Positions 11,133 to 24,987 of a stretch of DNA of 64,000 nt are shown here, one piece after another. Every line of letters starts with the position of its first letter. The first letter of the stretch is position 1. A program made the translations under genes and the position numbers. This DNA is from Azolla caroliniana (lineage: Eukaryota; Plantae; Polypodiophyta). Under the pieces are notes generated by a model. The model saw only the letters and a program-made list of their open reading frames with translations. It had not been told where the DNA came from and did not search any database. Location: contig JBHGNT010000006.1 of assembly GCA_043228905.1 (NCBI GenBank), positions 21,452,001 through 21,516,000 of the forward strand, given 5' to 3'.

Positions 11133-14100
11133 TCACTCCGGCATGGGATGTCTTACTAGTCCGACCCGCTTCCGACATGCATCCAGCTTTTCAAGTGTCA
11201 GTACTTTGGTCAGCATATCTGACCCGTTCTCGGCCGTGTGGATCTTCGTTAGCGCAAACGCCTGGTCATCTACTCCCGGATCTAGTGATACCTTCGCTGG
11301 ATATGCTTCGTCCGAGAATGGTAAGCCGCATTCTTAGCAAGGTCGATGGCACTTTGACTGTCGCAATAGAGCCGGTATTCATCTTGCCGGATACCGAGCT
11401 CTCCGATGAAGTCCTTCATTCATAATATTTCCTTGCCGGCTTCCACAACCGCCATGTACTCCGCCTCCGTGGTTGACAACGCAACCGTCTTCTGCATCCT
11501 CGACTGCCACGAAACAGCCCCCCCCCGCATATGTCATTACATACTCGTATGTAGACCGGCTGGTATCCACATCAGCTGACATGTCCGAATCGGTAAAACC
11601 GTCAAGTTGAGGTTTTCCGGAGCCGAATCGGAGACACATATTTGAAGTGCCCTTCAAGTACCGGAGTATCCATTTTACCGCGTTCTAGTGGTCCTTGCCG
11701 AGATTGCTCATAAACCGGCTCACCACTTTGACTGCGTATCCTATATCCGGTCGGGTACACACCATTGTGTACATCAAGCTCCCGACGACAGAGGCATATG
11801 GAACCTTCATCATATCAGCCTTCTCTGCTTTCGTCTTTGGCCTTTGCTTACCAGATAATCTGCAATTTGCCGGGAGTGTCGATCCGACCGGTTTCGCTTC
11901 TAACATGTTGAACCGCTGAAGCACCTTTGTCACATATTTCTCCTGTGACAACCACAATTGCTTCGTTGGCCGGTTTCGGATGATATGCATCCCCAACATC
12001 TGTCTTGCCGGACCCAAGTCTTTCATTGCGAAAGTTCGGTTGAGAGCCTTCTTCAGCATCCGTATTCTGGCTTGGTCTCGTCCGACGATCAACATGTCAT
12101 CCACGTACAGAAGGAGTATCAGGAAGTCGCCTCCTTCGAACTTCTTCACAAACACGCAGTGATCGGCCTGCGTCTTGTGGTACCCTTGATCGGTCATGAA
12201 GGAGTCGAACTTCCCATACCATTGTCGAGGAGCCTGCTTCAGTCCATACAGGCTCTTCTTCAACCGGCAAACCAGGTGCTCCTTCCCTTTCTCCACGAAT
12301 CCTTCCGGTTGCTACATGTAGATCTCCTCTTCGAGGTCACTGTGAAGGAATGTTGTCTTCAGGTCCAGCTGTTCTACCTCGAGGTCCATGCTTGCCGCTA
12401 TACTCAGCACCGTCTGGATGGAGGTCATCTTTACTACCGGGGCAAATATATCGTCGAAGTCCATGCCCTTCTTCTGCTAGAACCCCTTCACCACGATCCT
12501 AGCTTTGTATCTCGGGGGGTTGCCAGCATCTCCCGGTTTCAACTTGTACACCCACTTGTTTCGGAGTGCCCGCTTTCCTTTCCGCAACTCCACCAATTCG
12601 TGCGTACGGTTCTCGTGCAGGGAATCCATCTCATCCTGCATGGCACTTAACCATTTGCGGTTGTGCGTGTCATCCTTCGCTTCTTCGAAGCTTTCAGGCT
12701 CCCCCTCATCGGTTAGCAACACATGCTCTGCATCCGGAAATCTCCGGGGGGCCCTTCTCTCTCTGAGAGGATATCTCCGTCTATGGGATTCAATAACCGG
12801 CTCCTCCATTTGCTCTTCATTCGAATCCGATTCCGGGTCTTGACCGTTTCCGGTTTCAACTTCCTCTACTTCTTCTTCTACCGGTTCGATATCCTCACCG
12901 TAACCGGCTGGTTCCTCGAGTGCTAACCGGTCTCTTGCTGGTTGGGTCTGCTCATCGTAGAATCGATCCTTACCGGTCGACTCAGAGTTCATTATCTTCT
13001 TCTCCGACTCCCAGTCGGGGAGTGTCTTGTCCTCCATGAAGATAATATCTCGACTCCGGAATACCTTAATGTCGACCAGGTCCCACACTCGGTAGCCGAA
13101 CTCATCGTCGTCGTAACCGAGGAATATTCATGGTCGGGTCTTCGGATCTAGTTTTCTTCTCCGGTCCTTAGCTACATGCACATACGCAAGACACCCGAAT
13201 ACCTTCAGATGCCGGTAGGACACTTCCTTACCGGTCCAGACTCTCTGTGGCGTGTCTCCATCCAAGGGTACTGAGGGTGATCTATTTATCACATATGTCG
13301 TCGTCGACAGTGCCTCAGCCCAAAACTTCTTGGGTAGTTTTGCATGCGCTTGCATACTCCGGACCCTCTCCATTATGGTCCGGTTCATCCTCTTGGCCAA
13401 CCTGTTTAGTTCTAACGTCTTCAGCACGGTAAATTCGAGCCGGATTCCCTTCAAGCGACAATACTTCTCGAACTGCCCCCGGTATTCACCTCCGTTATCT
13501 GCTTGAACCGCCTTCAACTTCCGGCCAGTTTCTCTTTCCACTCTCGCGTGGAGCTCTTTGAAGACGGATAACACCTGATCCTTCATCTTCAACGGTGTGG
13601 CCCACAGCTTCCGGTTGTGGTCATCTATGAACGTCATGAAGTACTGTGATCCGGAATGTGACTTCGTGTCCACTTGACATACATCAATATGCACCAACTC
13701 CAGTGGTGCATTACGTCTCATCGGTGGCCTCGATCGGAAGGAGGTCCGGTTTTGTTTACCGGCCAGACAATCAGTGCACTTCTCCAAGTGCACGTTCTTC
13801 ACTGGAATGACGTTGTCGTCTGCAAGCCTCTTCATCCCCTTCTCACTCATGTGACATAGCCTCTTGTGCCACAGTTCACTGACAGTGTCGGATGCCACGT
13901 TCACTTCTTCCAAGCATAACCGGGCATTCATCAGGTACAACGTGTTGACCTTCCGGGCCCGAGCCACAATCAGGCTCCCTTTGCCGAACTTCATAACACC
14001 GTTCAGGATGCTACCCGTGTAGCCTTCATCATCTAGTCGACCGACTGATATCAGGTTCAGATGAACCTCCGGAACGTGTCGGACATCCTTCAGCAACAGC

Positions 14101-15146
14101 TTGCATCCGGTTGGCGTCTTCAACCACACGTCTCCTATGCCAACAATTCGGCATGTACCTTCATTCCCCATCCGGACACAGCCGTGATCACCGGCTGAGT
14201 AGGATGAGAAGTATTTCCGGTCCGGGGTAAGGTGGAACGACGCTCCGGAGTCGACCACCCAGGTCATCTCGTCGCCGGCAAGGTTTACCTCACTCTCCAC
14301 GGTGATGAGCATCAACTCTTCTTCACTTGCCGCGATTGCCGTCGTTCCCTTCTGGTCCGGTGTCCGCTTTGAATCGGTACTGTCGGTTTCCTTGTCTTTT
14401 CGGAAGTGCCGACCGTTCTTCTGGAAGTGTCCCGGCTTGCCGTAATAGAAGCAAGTAGGCCTCCCCCTTGACTTTGACCGTGTCCCCGACTTCTCCCGGT
14501 TCTAGGGACTACGGTTCCTTTGTCTTCCGCGTTCCGATTCGGTAAGCAGCGCTTTGGAGTCGGAGCTCATATCCTTATCTTTCCGACGCGCCTCCTCATC
14601 TAGCAAGCTTGACTTAACTCTTGCCAAGGATAACCGTTTCCCTTCCGGCCCGGCGTTGCCCAAAGTGACAACCAACATCTCCCAGGTATCTGGGAGGGAA
14701 CCAAGCAGGAGTAGCGTTAGTACCTCATCGGCAAGAGGTATTTCCAATGATGTTGCCTGGTGGATCAGCCCTTGAAAGGCATTCATGTGCTCCGTCATGC
14801 TGCAGCCATCTTGGTACTGGAGTCTCACTAGCTTCCGAAATACCGAAACTTGATTAACAACATTTTTGTTTTGAAACATATTGCCAATCTTCTCCTAGAG
14901 CTCATGAGCCTTGCTCTCTTCATTGAAGTTGTTGTATAGACTCATGTCGATGAAGCACCGTATGTACGCCGTTGTCTTCATGTGCATCACCTCCCATATC
15001 GTGGCGTCAATTTTGTCCGGTCTCTTGTCCCCAAACTGAACCGGCAACCAAAGATCTTTAACCACGAGCATGTCCCTCATCTTCGACTTCCACACCGAAT
15101 AGTTGGAGCCGGTGAGCTTGAACATGCCTCCCAACGATTCGTCCAT
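11133..15146 (-). pseudogene. Copia-2 gag-pol, disrupted
   Basis: FKLTGSNYSVWK, WVVDSGASFH, LWHKRLCH, DNGGEY, RYKARIVVKGF, LYGLKQAPRQW, YVDD, GFTDSD; stops and frameshifts. Confidence 0.92.
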
Positions 15147-15176
15147 TTTTTGTGTCGTTTTGCTCTGATTCCACTT

Positions 15177-15974
15177 TGTCAAGAACTACACGCTCTCGAT
15201 GAACAAACGCTCAGCCACAACCAAGCTTAGAATCAAAACATAGAAAAACGGGAAATGAATGCACGACACAATGGAGAGAAGAGTACATAGGATGTTTACA
15301 TGGAAAAACCCAAACATGGGAAAAACCACGGCAGTCCACTGACTGCTAACTATCACTATGTAACAATATACAATAGATCAACACAGAGGCAACGACCTCT
15401 TGTTCACTATCTTCGCCATAGGCTGCGGTTACAACAGAGGCAACGACCCCTTCGTCTCTTTCTCTCTCTCTCTCTCTCTCTATACACATTTACGCGCTCT
15501 AATCTTGCACCAACAAGAAATGACAACATATCTCTAAGTTTTCCCTAAGTCATATTTATACTAATATGATTTTTCGACTATTTACAAATATAGCCCCGAT
15601 GGACTCTCAGAAAACATATTTACGAATATGCCCCTTCATCCGGTGAGCGCTTCACACCGGGCCTTCACCATCTAGCTCTTGTTGGGTACTCGTCATCCGG
15701 TTCTCACCGGGTCTTCCGTAGCCGGGTACTTGTCGTTCGGTTCTCACCGGGTCTTCCGTTGTTGGGTACTCGTCATCCGGTTCTCACCGGGTCTTCCGTA
15801 GCCAAGTACTTGTCGTCCGGTTCTCACCGGCTCTTCCGTTGCTGGGTACTTGTCATCTGGTTCTCACCAGGTCTTCCGTAATCGGGTACTCCTCATCCGG
15901 TTTCGGCCTCGGCCGAGTTTACTCATCAACACTGTTCTTCTCACTTCCCATCCGGAGGGACCTGTTTCCTAACA
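15177..15974 (-). repeat. 5' LTR of Copia-2 (798 bp)
   Basis: On the - strand TGTTAGG…TTGACA followed by the PBS; 15561-15974 matches 10742-11122. Confidence 0.93.
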
Positions 15975-16870
15975 GACTTCTACCCCAAATGTTAATAGCC
16001 TCTCCGCAATTCCAAAAATAATGAGGAATTAATTCCAAAGGGTGTCCAGATATCTTGCAACCAGCCTCACCACCACGACACCTGAGCCATTCCCCCACTG
16101 GTACCACTTTATGACTAAGAAGCCACAACCAAAGCTTTATTTTTTCTGGCATATCGAACTCCCATAGTCTCCTCCAAAACGACTTCAATAGGTCATCATA
16201 AATGACTTTATCCTTCCAACTATTGTGAGTTAGAGCAGCACCCATAAATTTGGAGCCAATGATTTGTCTTCCTAACTTAGTAGTGTACTCGAAAAACCGT
16301 TCCACTTTGTTTGTTCCCTGTTTCTACCACCAGACCTCTAGTGGGTCCCAATCCAACTCACATACGGGCTTGTTGTCAACTATCCAAAGTTTACAATCAG
16401 ATTCCAGCTTCCCTGGGTCTGGGTTTACTTGCCACTTCTTACCTTCCAACACTGCCAACCACTGGCCATTGTCTGCCAAAGCACTTAGGTTGCCCCACAA
16501 ACGATACTCATTAGATGGGCACATGCCCCGGATAATTTGTGCATCGCCCTCACCTACAAACCTCCCAAACCAGACCCCCTCTTCTTCATTCAGCCTAGCT
16601 AGACTATCAACAACCTTATCTATCAAACGGGTCACCTTTTCTAACCTGCTAGTAAACCTAGTACTACCAACCAAACCTGCCCTTCTTTTCCTTTTGAAAA
16701 CCTCCCAATCTCTTACTGAACTAACACTGTACCCTACCATTTTTCCACATGGCAAGTATTTTTTTCTGGCCAAGCATCATACCGTCATCCCTTCTAATCC
16801 TAGGGTTCCAAAACAGTGGTTGACGGAGTTGTTCCTCCATCGTTTTTGGCTGCATTAAGACCAAGCTCAG
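15975..16870 (-). mobile_element. L1-type LINE ORF2 3' portion (zf-RVT region)
   Basis: FWRRLW…PEKIKLWLWLLSH…C…E…H.FWNC…W zinc-binding motif; LRQPLFWNP upstream; cut at 15974 by Copia-2. Confidence 0.85.
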
Positions 16871-16879
16871 ATGACGAGA

Positions 16880-17325
16880 AGAGTTTTGTATCTCTGAGTG
16901 AGAACGAAGTAATAAGAAGATTTCCATTAAAGCTTGATCTACTATCTACGTCTTCTTTCACTCTAATTTTTGTGTGTTGTTTTCCAAGCATAAGAGAACA
17001 AGTCCTCAAACCTTTCCGCATACGTATACACATACATATATCTCACAACTGGTATCAGAGCGATCTTGTTACATGGCGGCAACAGAGAGGAAAAGGCCAG
17101 GTTAGAAATCTTACTTTCATAAAAGGAATATGGCTTCAACATCCGGAACAAGAGTTGAAATTAGAAAGTTCGACAGCAAAAATTTTTCCCTATGGAAGGA
17201 GATGATGCAGGATGTGCTGATCATCCGAAGACAGGTTGAAGTCATTCGGCACAATGAAAATCCTACTTCGATGACAACAGAAGAATGGAGATCAGTGGAG
17301 GAAATCGCACGCTCCACCATCCGAA
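16880..17325 (+). mobile_element. Copia fragment: LTR 3' end, PBS and gag N-terminus
   Basis: …TCTCACA (17047), PBS TGGTATCAGAGC 17050-17061, ORF from 17130 VEIRKFDSKNFSLWKEMMQDVL…ARSTIR. Confidence 0.85.
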
Positions 17326-20155
17326 TTCGCTATCGACCATTGACTAATGCGCAATGACAACATTGACGAGCCAACAATTTATGTCTCTATTGTGGCAGCC
17401 CTGACCATTTGATCCGCTCTTGCCCAAAAAAGGGACCCCGTAAAACACCACATTGTGTGGATGGGGTTGACATTTTCGGCCAACAAGAAAACTCCAATGT
17501 CCAGTTGCAGTAGGGGCTGTGCATCTGGACCACAAGAGTCGACAATTATGTCAAGGGCCCAATCAACCGACTTCCTCGACAACAAGTTTCACGATTCCGA
17601 TCACTCTTCAGTTTGGCTCTACCACTCTGAAGACAAAAGCTTTGTTGGATTCTGGGGCGATGTCGTTCCAAGCAACAACATTCCAAGCAACAAATTAACC
17701 GTCCCGATTCAAGTTGAAGTGATCGACGGCCGAACGCTCTCTTCTGGTGCCATAACAAATACAACAATTCCCTTGGGTCTCCACATAGGAGCCCACCAAG
17801 AAGAAATCACTTTTAACCTCATCACATCACCTTGACATCCTATCATCTTGGGGTTATCATGGCTCGAAACTCACAATCCAATCGTGGATTGGCGATCTCG
17901 CTCCATCAATTTCACCTCGAATTTTCACTCACAAGGTATTACGTCCACCCGTCTTCGAGCCAATGCTTCACCATTTGTTTGGCCACCTACTCTGGTGAGG
18001 ACCGTCTCAACAGTTTCTCCCACTCATGTTTCAGGGGCAACTCCCATTTCTGCTCTGATGAGGACCACGTTATCGATCATGTCAGTGGTTGCTCCAATAG
18101 AAACAACATCGATAGTTAGTCCCATGTCGGCCTCGGAAACAGTTCCAACTCTTGCTCGGGTAAGCTATACAATGTTGATTGCATTCATTTCTAATTCTAA
18201 GGACATGGCGGTCATGTCCACTCCAGATATTACCCTATGTACTAACTCTTTTCCATCAAAATATAATTATTTATTTGATGTATTTGAGAAGAAAAATGTT
18301 GATCGCCTACCCGAACATCTCCCATACGATTGTACAATTGACTTGAAAGATCGTGCTTGTCCTCCATTTGGCCCTATCTATGGGTTATTTGAACCTGAAC
18401 TCAAGACCCTCAAAATATACATTGAAGAGAATCTCACAAAGGGATTCATTTGCCACTCAAAATCTCCAGCTGGCTCTCCTATTCTATTTGTCAAAAAGAA
18501 AGATGGAACGTTGCGCCTATGTATCGACTATCACGAGCTCAATCGAGTCACGGTTCGAAACCGTTATCCACTACCTCTAATCCCCGAACTCCTCGACCGA
18601 GTTCGGACTAGGCGTATATTCTCCAAAATCGATCTTAGAGGCGCCTACAACTTGGTGCGTATCAAGCCTGGAGATGAGTGGAAAACGACATTTCGAACCA
18701 GGTATGGGCATTTTGAATACATGGTAATGCCATTTGGTCTAACAAATGCTCCTACCGTTTTCCAGCATATGATGAATGACATCTTCCGAGAATATCTAGA
18801 CCAATTTGTTGTCATTTATCTCGACGACATACTTAACTTCTCACAGGACTACATAGAGCACACCAAGCACGTTTGACTTATCTTGACCAAACTTCGGGAA
18901 CATGGACTTTATGCGAAACCCGAAAAGTGTGAGTTTGATCAAACCTCAGTTGAATTCCTTGGGTATGTCATTTCATCTGATGGTATAACTATGGACGAGA
19001 AGAAAGTCAAAACGGTTCAACGGTGGGAAGTCCCCACCAGGGTCAAGGATGTGCAATCATTTTTGGGTTTTGCCAACTTCTATCGTCGATTCATTCAAGG
19101 ATTCTCTACATTGGTGCAACCACTTATAGCACTCACTCAAAAGGATTCCCCTTTTTGCTGAACTCCCACAACCCAACTAGCATGCGAGACACTAAAAAAA
19201 GCTTTTACCTCGGCTCTGGTACTTCTACACCCAGATCTGACCAAACCATTTACGATTGAAACTGATGCCTCTGACTTCGCCATCGGTGCCATTCTCTCTC
19301 AATCAGATAACAATGGGATTCTTCATCCTGTTGCCTTTTATTCTCGAAAGTTCACACCTCCTGAGATCAACTACCCAGTTTATGACAAAGAACTCTCTGC
19401 CATTATTGCAGCCCTTGAAGAGTGGCATCCTTACTTAGCAGGCGCCCAACACCGTGTCCAAGTGTTGACCGATCACAAGAACCTCGTCTACTTCACCACT
19501 ACTCGCATTTTGAACCGGAGGCAAGCACGATGGTTGACCTTCCTGGCTGACTATGACTTTCAAATTGTTTTTCGTCCCGGTGCCCAACATGGTAAAGCCG
19601 ATGCCCTATCTCGGCATTCGAAATTCGAAATTCGACCAAGAGATGAGACCTACAATCAACAATCATGTTGTCTCCTACAGCCACATCAAATTCAGCTCTT
19701 TGCAGCTTATATGGGTGTAGATGAATCATTACACAATACAATAGCCACAGATACTGCCACCGACAAATTTGCAAAAGAAATTAAGGATAATCGAGTCAAC
19801 AAATCAACCATAAAGGAGGTACAGAATAGTCAAGAAAAATTTATGTTTCGAGATGGTTTTCTTTTTCGGAACAACTTAATGTATGTCCCAGATGGTCCTT
19901 GTCGTATCCGTATCATGAAGGAATGCCATGATGATGCCCTAGCTAGACATTTTGGTGTTGCAAAAACTTTGGAGTTAATCTCTAGAAGTTATTGGTGGCC
20001 ACAACCTTGGAAACTTGTTAAACAATTTGTGAAAACATGTGATACATGTGCCCGCGCCAAATCAATACATCATCGTCCCTACGGTCTACTTCAACCTTTG
20101 CCAATTCCAAGTAGGCCATGGGCCTTCATCTCGACAGATTTTATCACCGACCTAC
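17326..20155 (+). mobile_element. Ty3/Gypsy chromovirus fragment (Tcn1/Tf2-like): gag knuckle, PR, RT, RNase H, N-half of integrase
   Basis: [86 protein letters not shown] then abrupt end. Confidence 0.88.
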
Positions 20156-21914
20156 GAGCCCATGCCCAACCTCACGCCTTGGTCCTCTCCCATCCTAAAA
20201 CAACATTTTGCCTTGTAGCTTCTTCCATTTCCTCCTCATGGAAGTGTAACACCTCATCAAGGGAGTCTACTATCTCCTCTAGGCATAGTAGAAGCTGCTT
20301 TTTAATGCAAGAATTATCGAAACACCCACATATCATTCTAGCATTCATCAACATCAACATCCAATTATCTCCATTCCATGTGATAGGCAGGCTGTTAAAG
20401 TATTTGTGCACCTTGACTTCTATAGAGTTGGAGATCCATGGCATGTTACTGGTTGTAACCTCTAGGTCTGTTAGATCAAAAGAGAAGCCTATAGCCGGTA
20501 GCTTGTTTCGTTCAGCAACAACTACATAAACCCTGAGCCCTAGGGCTTCCCCATGAGACAAATCAGTCAGTCTTGTGAGAGCCTACTGACTAAACCTATA
20601 TCCCTTGTCCAGCATGTCCCCTTCCAATATTTTTGACCTAACAAATTTGATTGGAACTCTAACATTTGCCTCCTTACTTCCTTGTCCCAACGGTTACAAC
20701 TTCTGAGTTTCGGGAGTGATGGATGAGCTTTCTTGACACCTCCCATTACATAACCAGTCTTTCATTTCTCTCAATCCCATACTTCCACTTTTTCCAATGG
20801 AGGAAGGGGAGTTCATGGTAGATTCCTGTCTAAGTGTTGCACTTTTTAACAGGATCTCGGGTGTACATGCTACCACCTCTTCAACAATAGTTTTCCTTGG
20901 ATCTTGTGCTAGGTTCTCCTCTTCTTGCAACACTTCAAAATGATTTCTCAAATCTACCTGAGACGTATCCGTGTTTACTTCTCGTTGTAAGCCAGTTTTG
21001 CGTCCCAAAACACGAGTCTAGCCATTGGCACTAATGTTCGCCTTCTCAGCCCGATTGAGGGTATTCGATCTTGTCTCCCTTATCGTCTCTTGCTTAGCTA
21101 GCGGCCCCGTAACCTTCTCCCCCCTTACATTACTATTAATGTTCCTTGGACATTCCATAGCAATGTGGCCCTTATTTTTACAATAGAAACATTGACCAGG
21201 TAGACCCTCATATTGCACTTCCACATCTATCAATCTTGCCTCCACATCATGCACCCTAATTAGAGAGGGAAGTGTGGATAAACTTTGCACAAGCACCCTA
21301 ATCTTAGGGGAGTCTCTGATTTTATCTACCATGGTTGCCTTTGAAGGAAAAATTGTGCCAATCTTCTCCCCAATATTTTGCATCAAAGGATATAAGTGTC
21401 GTGGCAGATTAGGGAATACCATAGATATCACCATGGGATTACCAATTTTCTTAGCCTCATCCATAACATTGAAATTAGCATGCCGCTCCAACAAAAGAGC
21501 TCTTCCATATTTCAGCTCTACACATTTCATATTGATAATTTGCGATACATCACTCCCTTCGATCACTTCAATGTGGAAGAAATTTCATCCCATATTATCC
21601 ACATTCTTTATCTGTGGAACCTTATCCATTAAAGCTACCTAGAGCATGTCACAGATCATATCTCTACTGGGCCTACCACCAAGTAGCTTACAAATGAACA
21701 AACACTTCTTTAATCTTTTGATCTCGGCATTTAGGATTGTACTTTCTTCCTCAGACAGAAAAACATCCAATACCTCAGAAGGCTCCATCATTTTTAGATC
21801 CTTATCAAGATTTCCTCTTAGGTATGCATTATTAGCATGAGTAGCTAGGAAAAGTTTATGAATAGAGCCAAATAAGACAACAAAGAGTCTATAAATTTTG
21901 AACTTACTCATCAC
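20156..21914 (-). mobile_element. L1-type LINE 5' portion (ORF1 with DUF4283-like region and zinc knuckle, plus downstream coding remnant)
   Basis: CLFICKLLGGRPSRD, FPNLP…IGEKIG, VQYEGLPGQCFYCKNKGHIAMEC; same strand as the zf-RVT piece at 15975-16870. Confidence 0.8.
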
Positions 21915-23465
21915 ATATAGAGTATAAATAATTTTTTGTCGTTGAGATTATTCATCATATTAAAGTCTGATTTTTCTGTTTCCCCCTTAATGATCAAAGG
22001 CTCTAGAATTTATGAGCTTATTCATAATATGAAAGTATGATTTTTTTGTTTCCCCCTTAATGAAGAAAGGCTCATACACTTGCCAACATGTTAGCATTCC
22101 CATGTAGATGAAGATGCATGAAAAAACCTATGAGCATCAATATAAGTATGTCACGATCCATGACAATTGTCCATAGATGAATACAGTGACGATGAAAACA
22201 TCAATCGTCAACAATGAAAGTTATTGCAATCTATAAAGAGTAGTTTCCCCCATGTCAAAGTATAGTACTTGTGTGTGATAAAGTCTTGTAGACTATAAGA
22301 GTAGTAATGACGTCATGTGATTTAATTAACGTGAGTTGCATAGGGCAATTCTAGTATATCTTGGATCGTGCCAACACTTCATTTGTGTTTTCCTCCCTCT
22401 ATGGAATTGTAGGGCTACTATTGCCTAAAGAAAAGAAGAAATAAAGAGATCCAAGAATGCTTGTTTTAACCTGGATTAGAGATTGTAAATACCATGGACT
22501 ACTAGCAATATCAACATCTTATGTTTTTCTTTATCTAAGCAATAGAATATGATACATCATAATTACAAAGTAAGTAAGAATACATCCTATTTGATACTTG
22601 TTAAATGTACTTTAATTGGAAGCTCAAACTTGGATAAACATAAAAATACCCCTAGTACCTTTATGGATATTTAACAAAATAGCTAAGATGTTTCTGAACA
22701 CATATCATTTCAAATATGTAATACATAAAAACTATGTATTTTGGAAATGGTAACCCTATAATATTGATGACTTCAAGGCTTAAGAGAGTACATGATACAT
22801 TAGTGTCCTAACTATGACCACGTCTAAAAATACTAGAAATGATATTGAAAACCTCCCTTCTTTATATGAAGATATGATTTGTAAATGCTCAAACTTTACT
22901 TGAGACTATTGTAGTAGCGACATTTCAGAAACAATTAACAAAGTATAATTTTTGTAGTATTGAATTGAATTGGCAATCATTGGAATTTTGCTTGTAGACC
23001 TAATTCGTTAAGAGGTCTTGTGGTCACAAAGATTAAAAACATAGCCCCTATATTATCTAAGCCAATTAGGCTAAAGCTAATGTTTTCTAGGCGACAAACA
23101 TGATCATGGGATATTTCATTTTTATCGTGAAATGAATGTGTTTTGAAACCAGCTCCTTTCTTTATTCTGAGCATAGGCTTGAAGTGCACAAGAGCGAGTG
23201 TGCATGTCAACATGTTGGCATACTTACGCAAAATCAATAATCAATTGTAGACTTGGACTAGTATTGGGGTAGGTTGGGGTCAACAAGTACTCTCCAGCTT
23301 GCATTGATGTATTCTCCAAGTGGATGTCCATATTTTTGCAATAACACCAAACATCTTTCCCAATCTACACTGGAGAGAAAGTGCAAATACGCCAAAACTT
23401 TCATCGTCATCGATGCAGTCATGATAAATATACTAAGCCTCACTTCCAAGCTATAACCCCCTAGG

Positions 23466-23505
<40 letters not shown>

Positions 23506-24119
23506 TAGAGAGAGAGCGTAGTTACTATGGATTTCAACGTGGATTGTGATGGTAGAGGCATTGCATGTGGCCATGTTGGGCTTGGGACAAATCTTTTCTT
23601 CTTTCTTGGTCTTTGGAAATAGATGATCACTTTGGGGAGGATGACCTGGTGGGGCCTCTATGTCTCTGTCTCTTTCTTGTTTGTGCATTAGCATTCAAAC
23701 TCTTTTCCTTGGAACATACTATAAAAACACATATGTTGGAATTAACCCCACACCAAGTAGTAGAAACAATAGTAGGAGTAGGATTCACCACCCTCCCTCA
23801 CACATATGCACCCTGGCCCCTAGAGGTGCGGGTTGGAAAAAAGACTTCTATATTATTCTCTCCTTCTAGTAGCATATTATATGCATAGGAATGGATTTAT
23901 ATAAGAACTTACTATTCACTAAATAATAGACATCTACAAATCTAGGATCTTAGGGGGCTCAACTATTGTATACATACATATTATTATGTATGTATATATA
24001 TGTATGGAGAGGGAGGGAAGACACAACATTGTGTGATCAGTAGAAGTGACAGTTACATGAGATTAGAAATGAGCATGTTAATCTCATGAATTGATTATAT
24101 TTTAGAGTAGCAATCCTAA

Positions 24120-24845
24120 AGATGTATGTCAATTCTACGATGTATGTTGTATTTGTTCTAATTGTTTTAGCTAATATAAATAGACTATTGTGTGTTAATT
24201 GTTTTAGCTAATACAAATAGACTATTGTGTGCTAATTGTTTTAGCTAATACAAATAGACTATTGTGGATTGAATAGACTATTGTTTTGATGTGTTTAATT
24301 GTTATAGCTAATACAAATAGCTTAAAAAAAATCCTTAGCTATGTGGATTCAATAGACTATTGTTGTATGTGTTTTAATTGTTATAGCTAATACAAAAAGC
24401 TCAAAAAAAATCCATAGCTACGTCGATTGAATAGACTATTGTTGTATGTGTTATAATTGTTATAGCTAGTACAAATAGCTCAAAAAAAAATCGATAGCTA
24501 TGTGGATTGAATAGACTATTGATGTATGTGTTCTAATTGTTATAGCTAATACAAATAGGTAGAAAAAAAATCCATAGCTATGTGGATTGAATAAACTATT
24601 GCTGTATGTGTTCTAATTTGTTTTAGCTAATATAAATAGCTCTCAAAAGAATCCATAGCTATGTGGATTGAATAGACTGTTGTTGTATGTGTTTAATTGT
24701 TTGTATAGCTAATACAAATACCTGGAAAAAAACAATCCATAGCAATGTGGATTGTATAGACTATTGTTACATGTGTTTTAATTGTTATAGCTAATACAGA
24801 AAGCTCTGAAAAAAAAATCCATAGCTATGTGGATTGAATAAACTT
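24120..24845. repeat. Tandem array of about 78-bp units
   Basis: Repeated AATTGTTATAGCTAATACAAATAGCT-An-TCCATAGCTATGTGGATTGAATAGACTATTG. Confidence 0.9.
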
Positions 24846-24919
24846 GGGACAGGTTGAATTGAATCATCAGAAGTATTTTTTTTCAGTATATTTTTTTTTT
24901 TGCCTGGGTTTCTGATGAT

Positions 24920-24933
24920 TTATATATATAAAT
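24920..24933 (+). promoter_or_regulatory. Putative TATA box of the pri-miR529
   Basis: TATATATATAAAT about 55 nt upstream of the miRNA 5' arm. Confidence 0.5.
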
Positions 24934-24987
24934 CTCTGAATTTTAAATGAAAATCCATCCCATCCAATTATGTGGTGTGTGAGGTGC

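Larger units (their letters stand above)
10742..15974 (-). mobile_element. Ty1/Copia LTR retrotransposon (Tnt1/Tork-like), complete internal region, 3' LTR split by the Gypsy insertion
   Basis: 5' LTR 15177-15974; matching partial 3' LTR 10742-11122; PBS 15162-15173 (TGGAATCAGAGC, 1 mismatch to iMet PBS); purine tract next to 11122; gag-PR-INT-RT-RH on the - strand. Confidence 0.95.

Noticed and set aside
22100-23460. Possible degraded Copia integrase remnant on the - strand
   Set aside because: Motif hints only; too decayed to support
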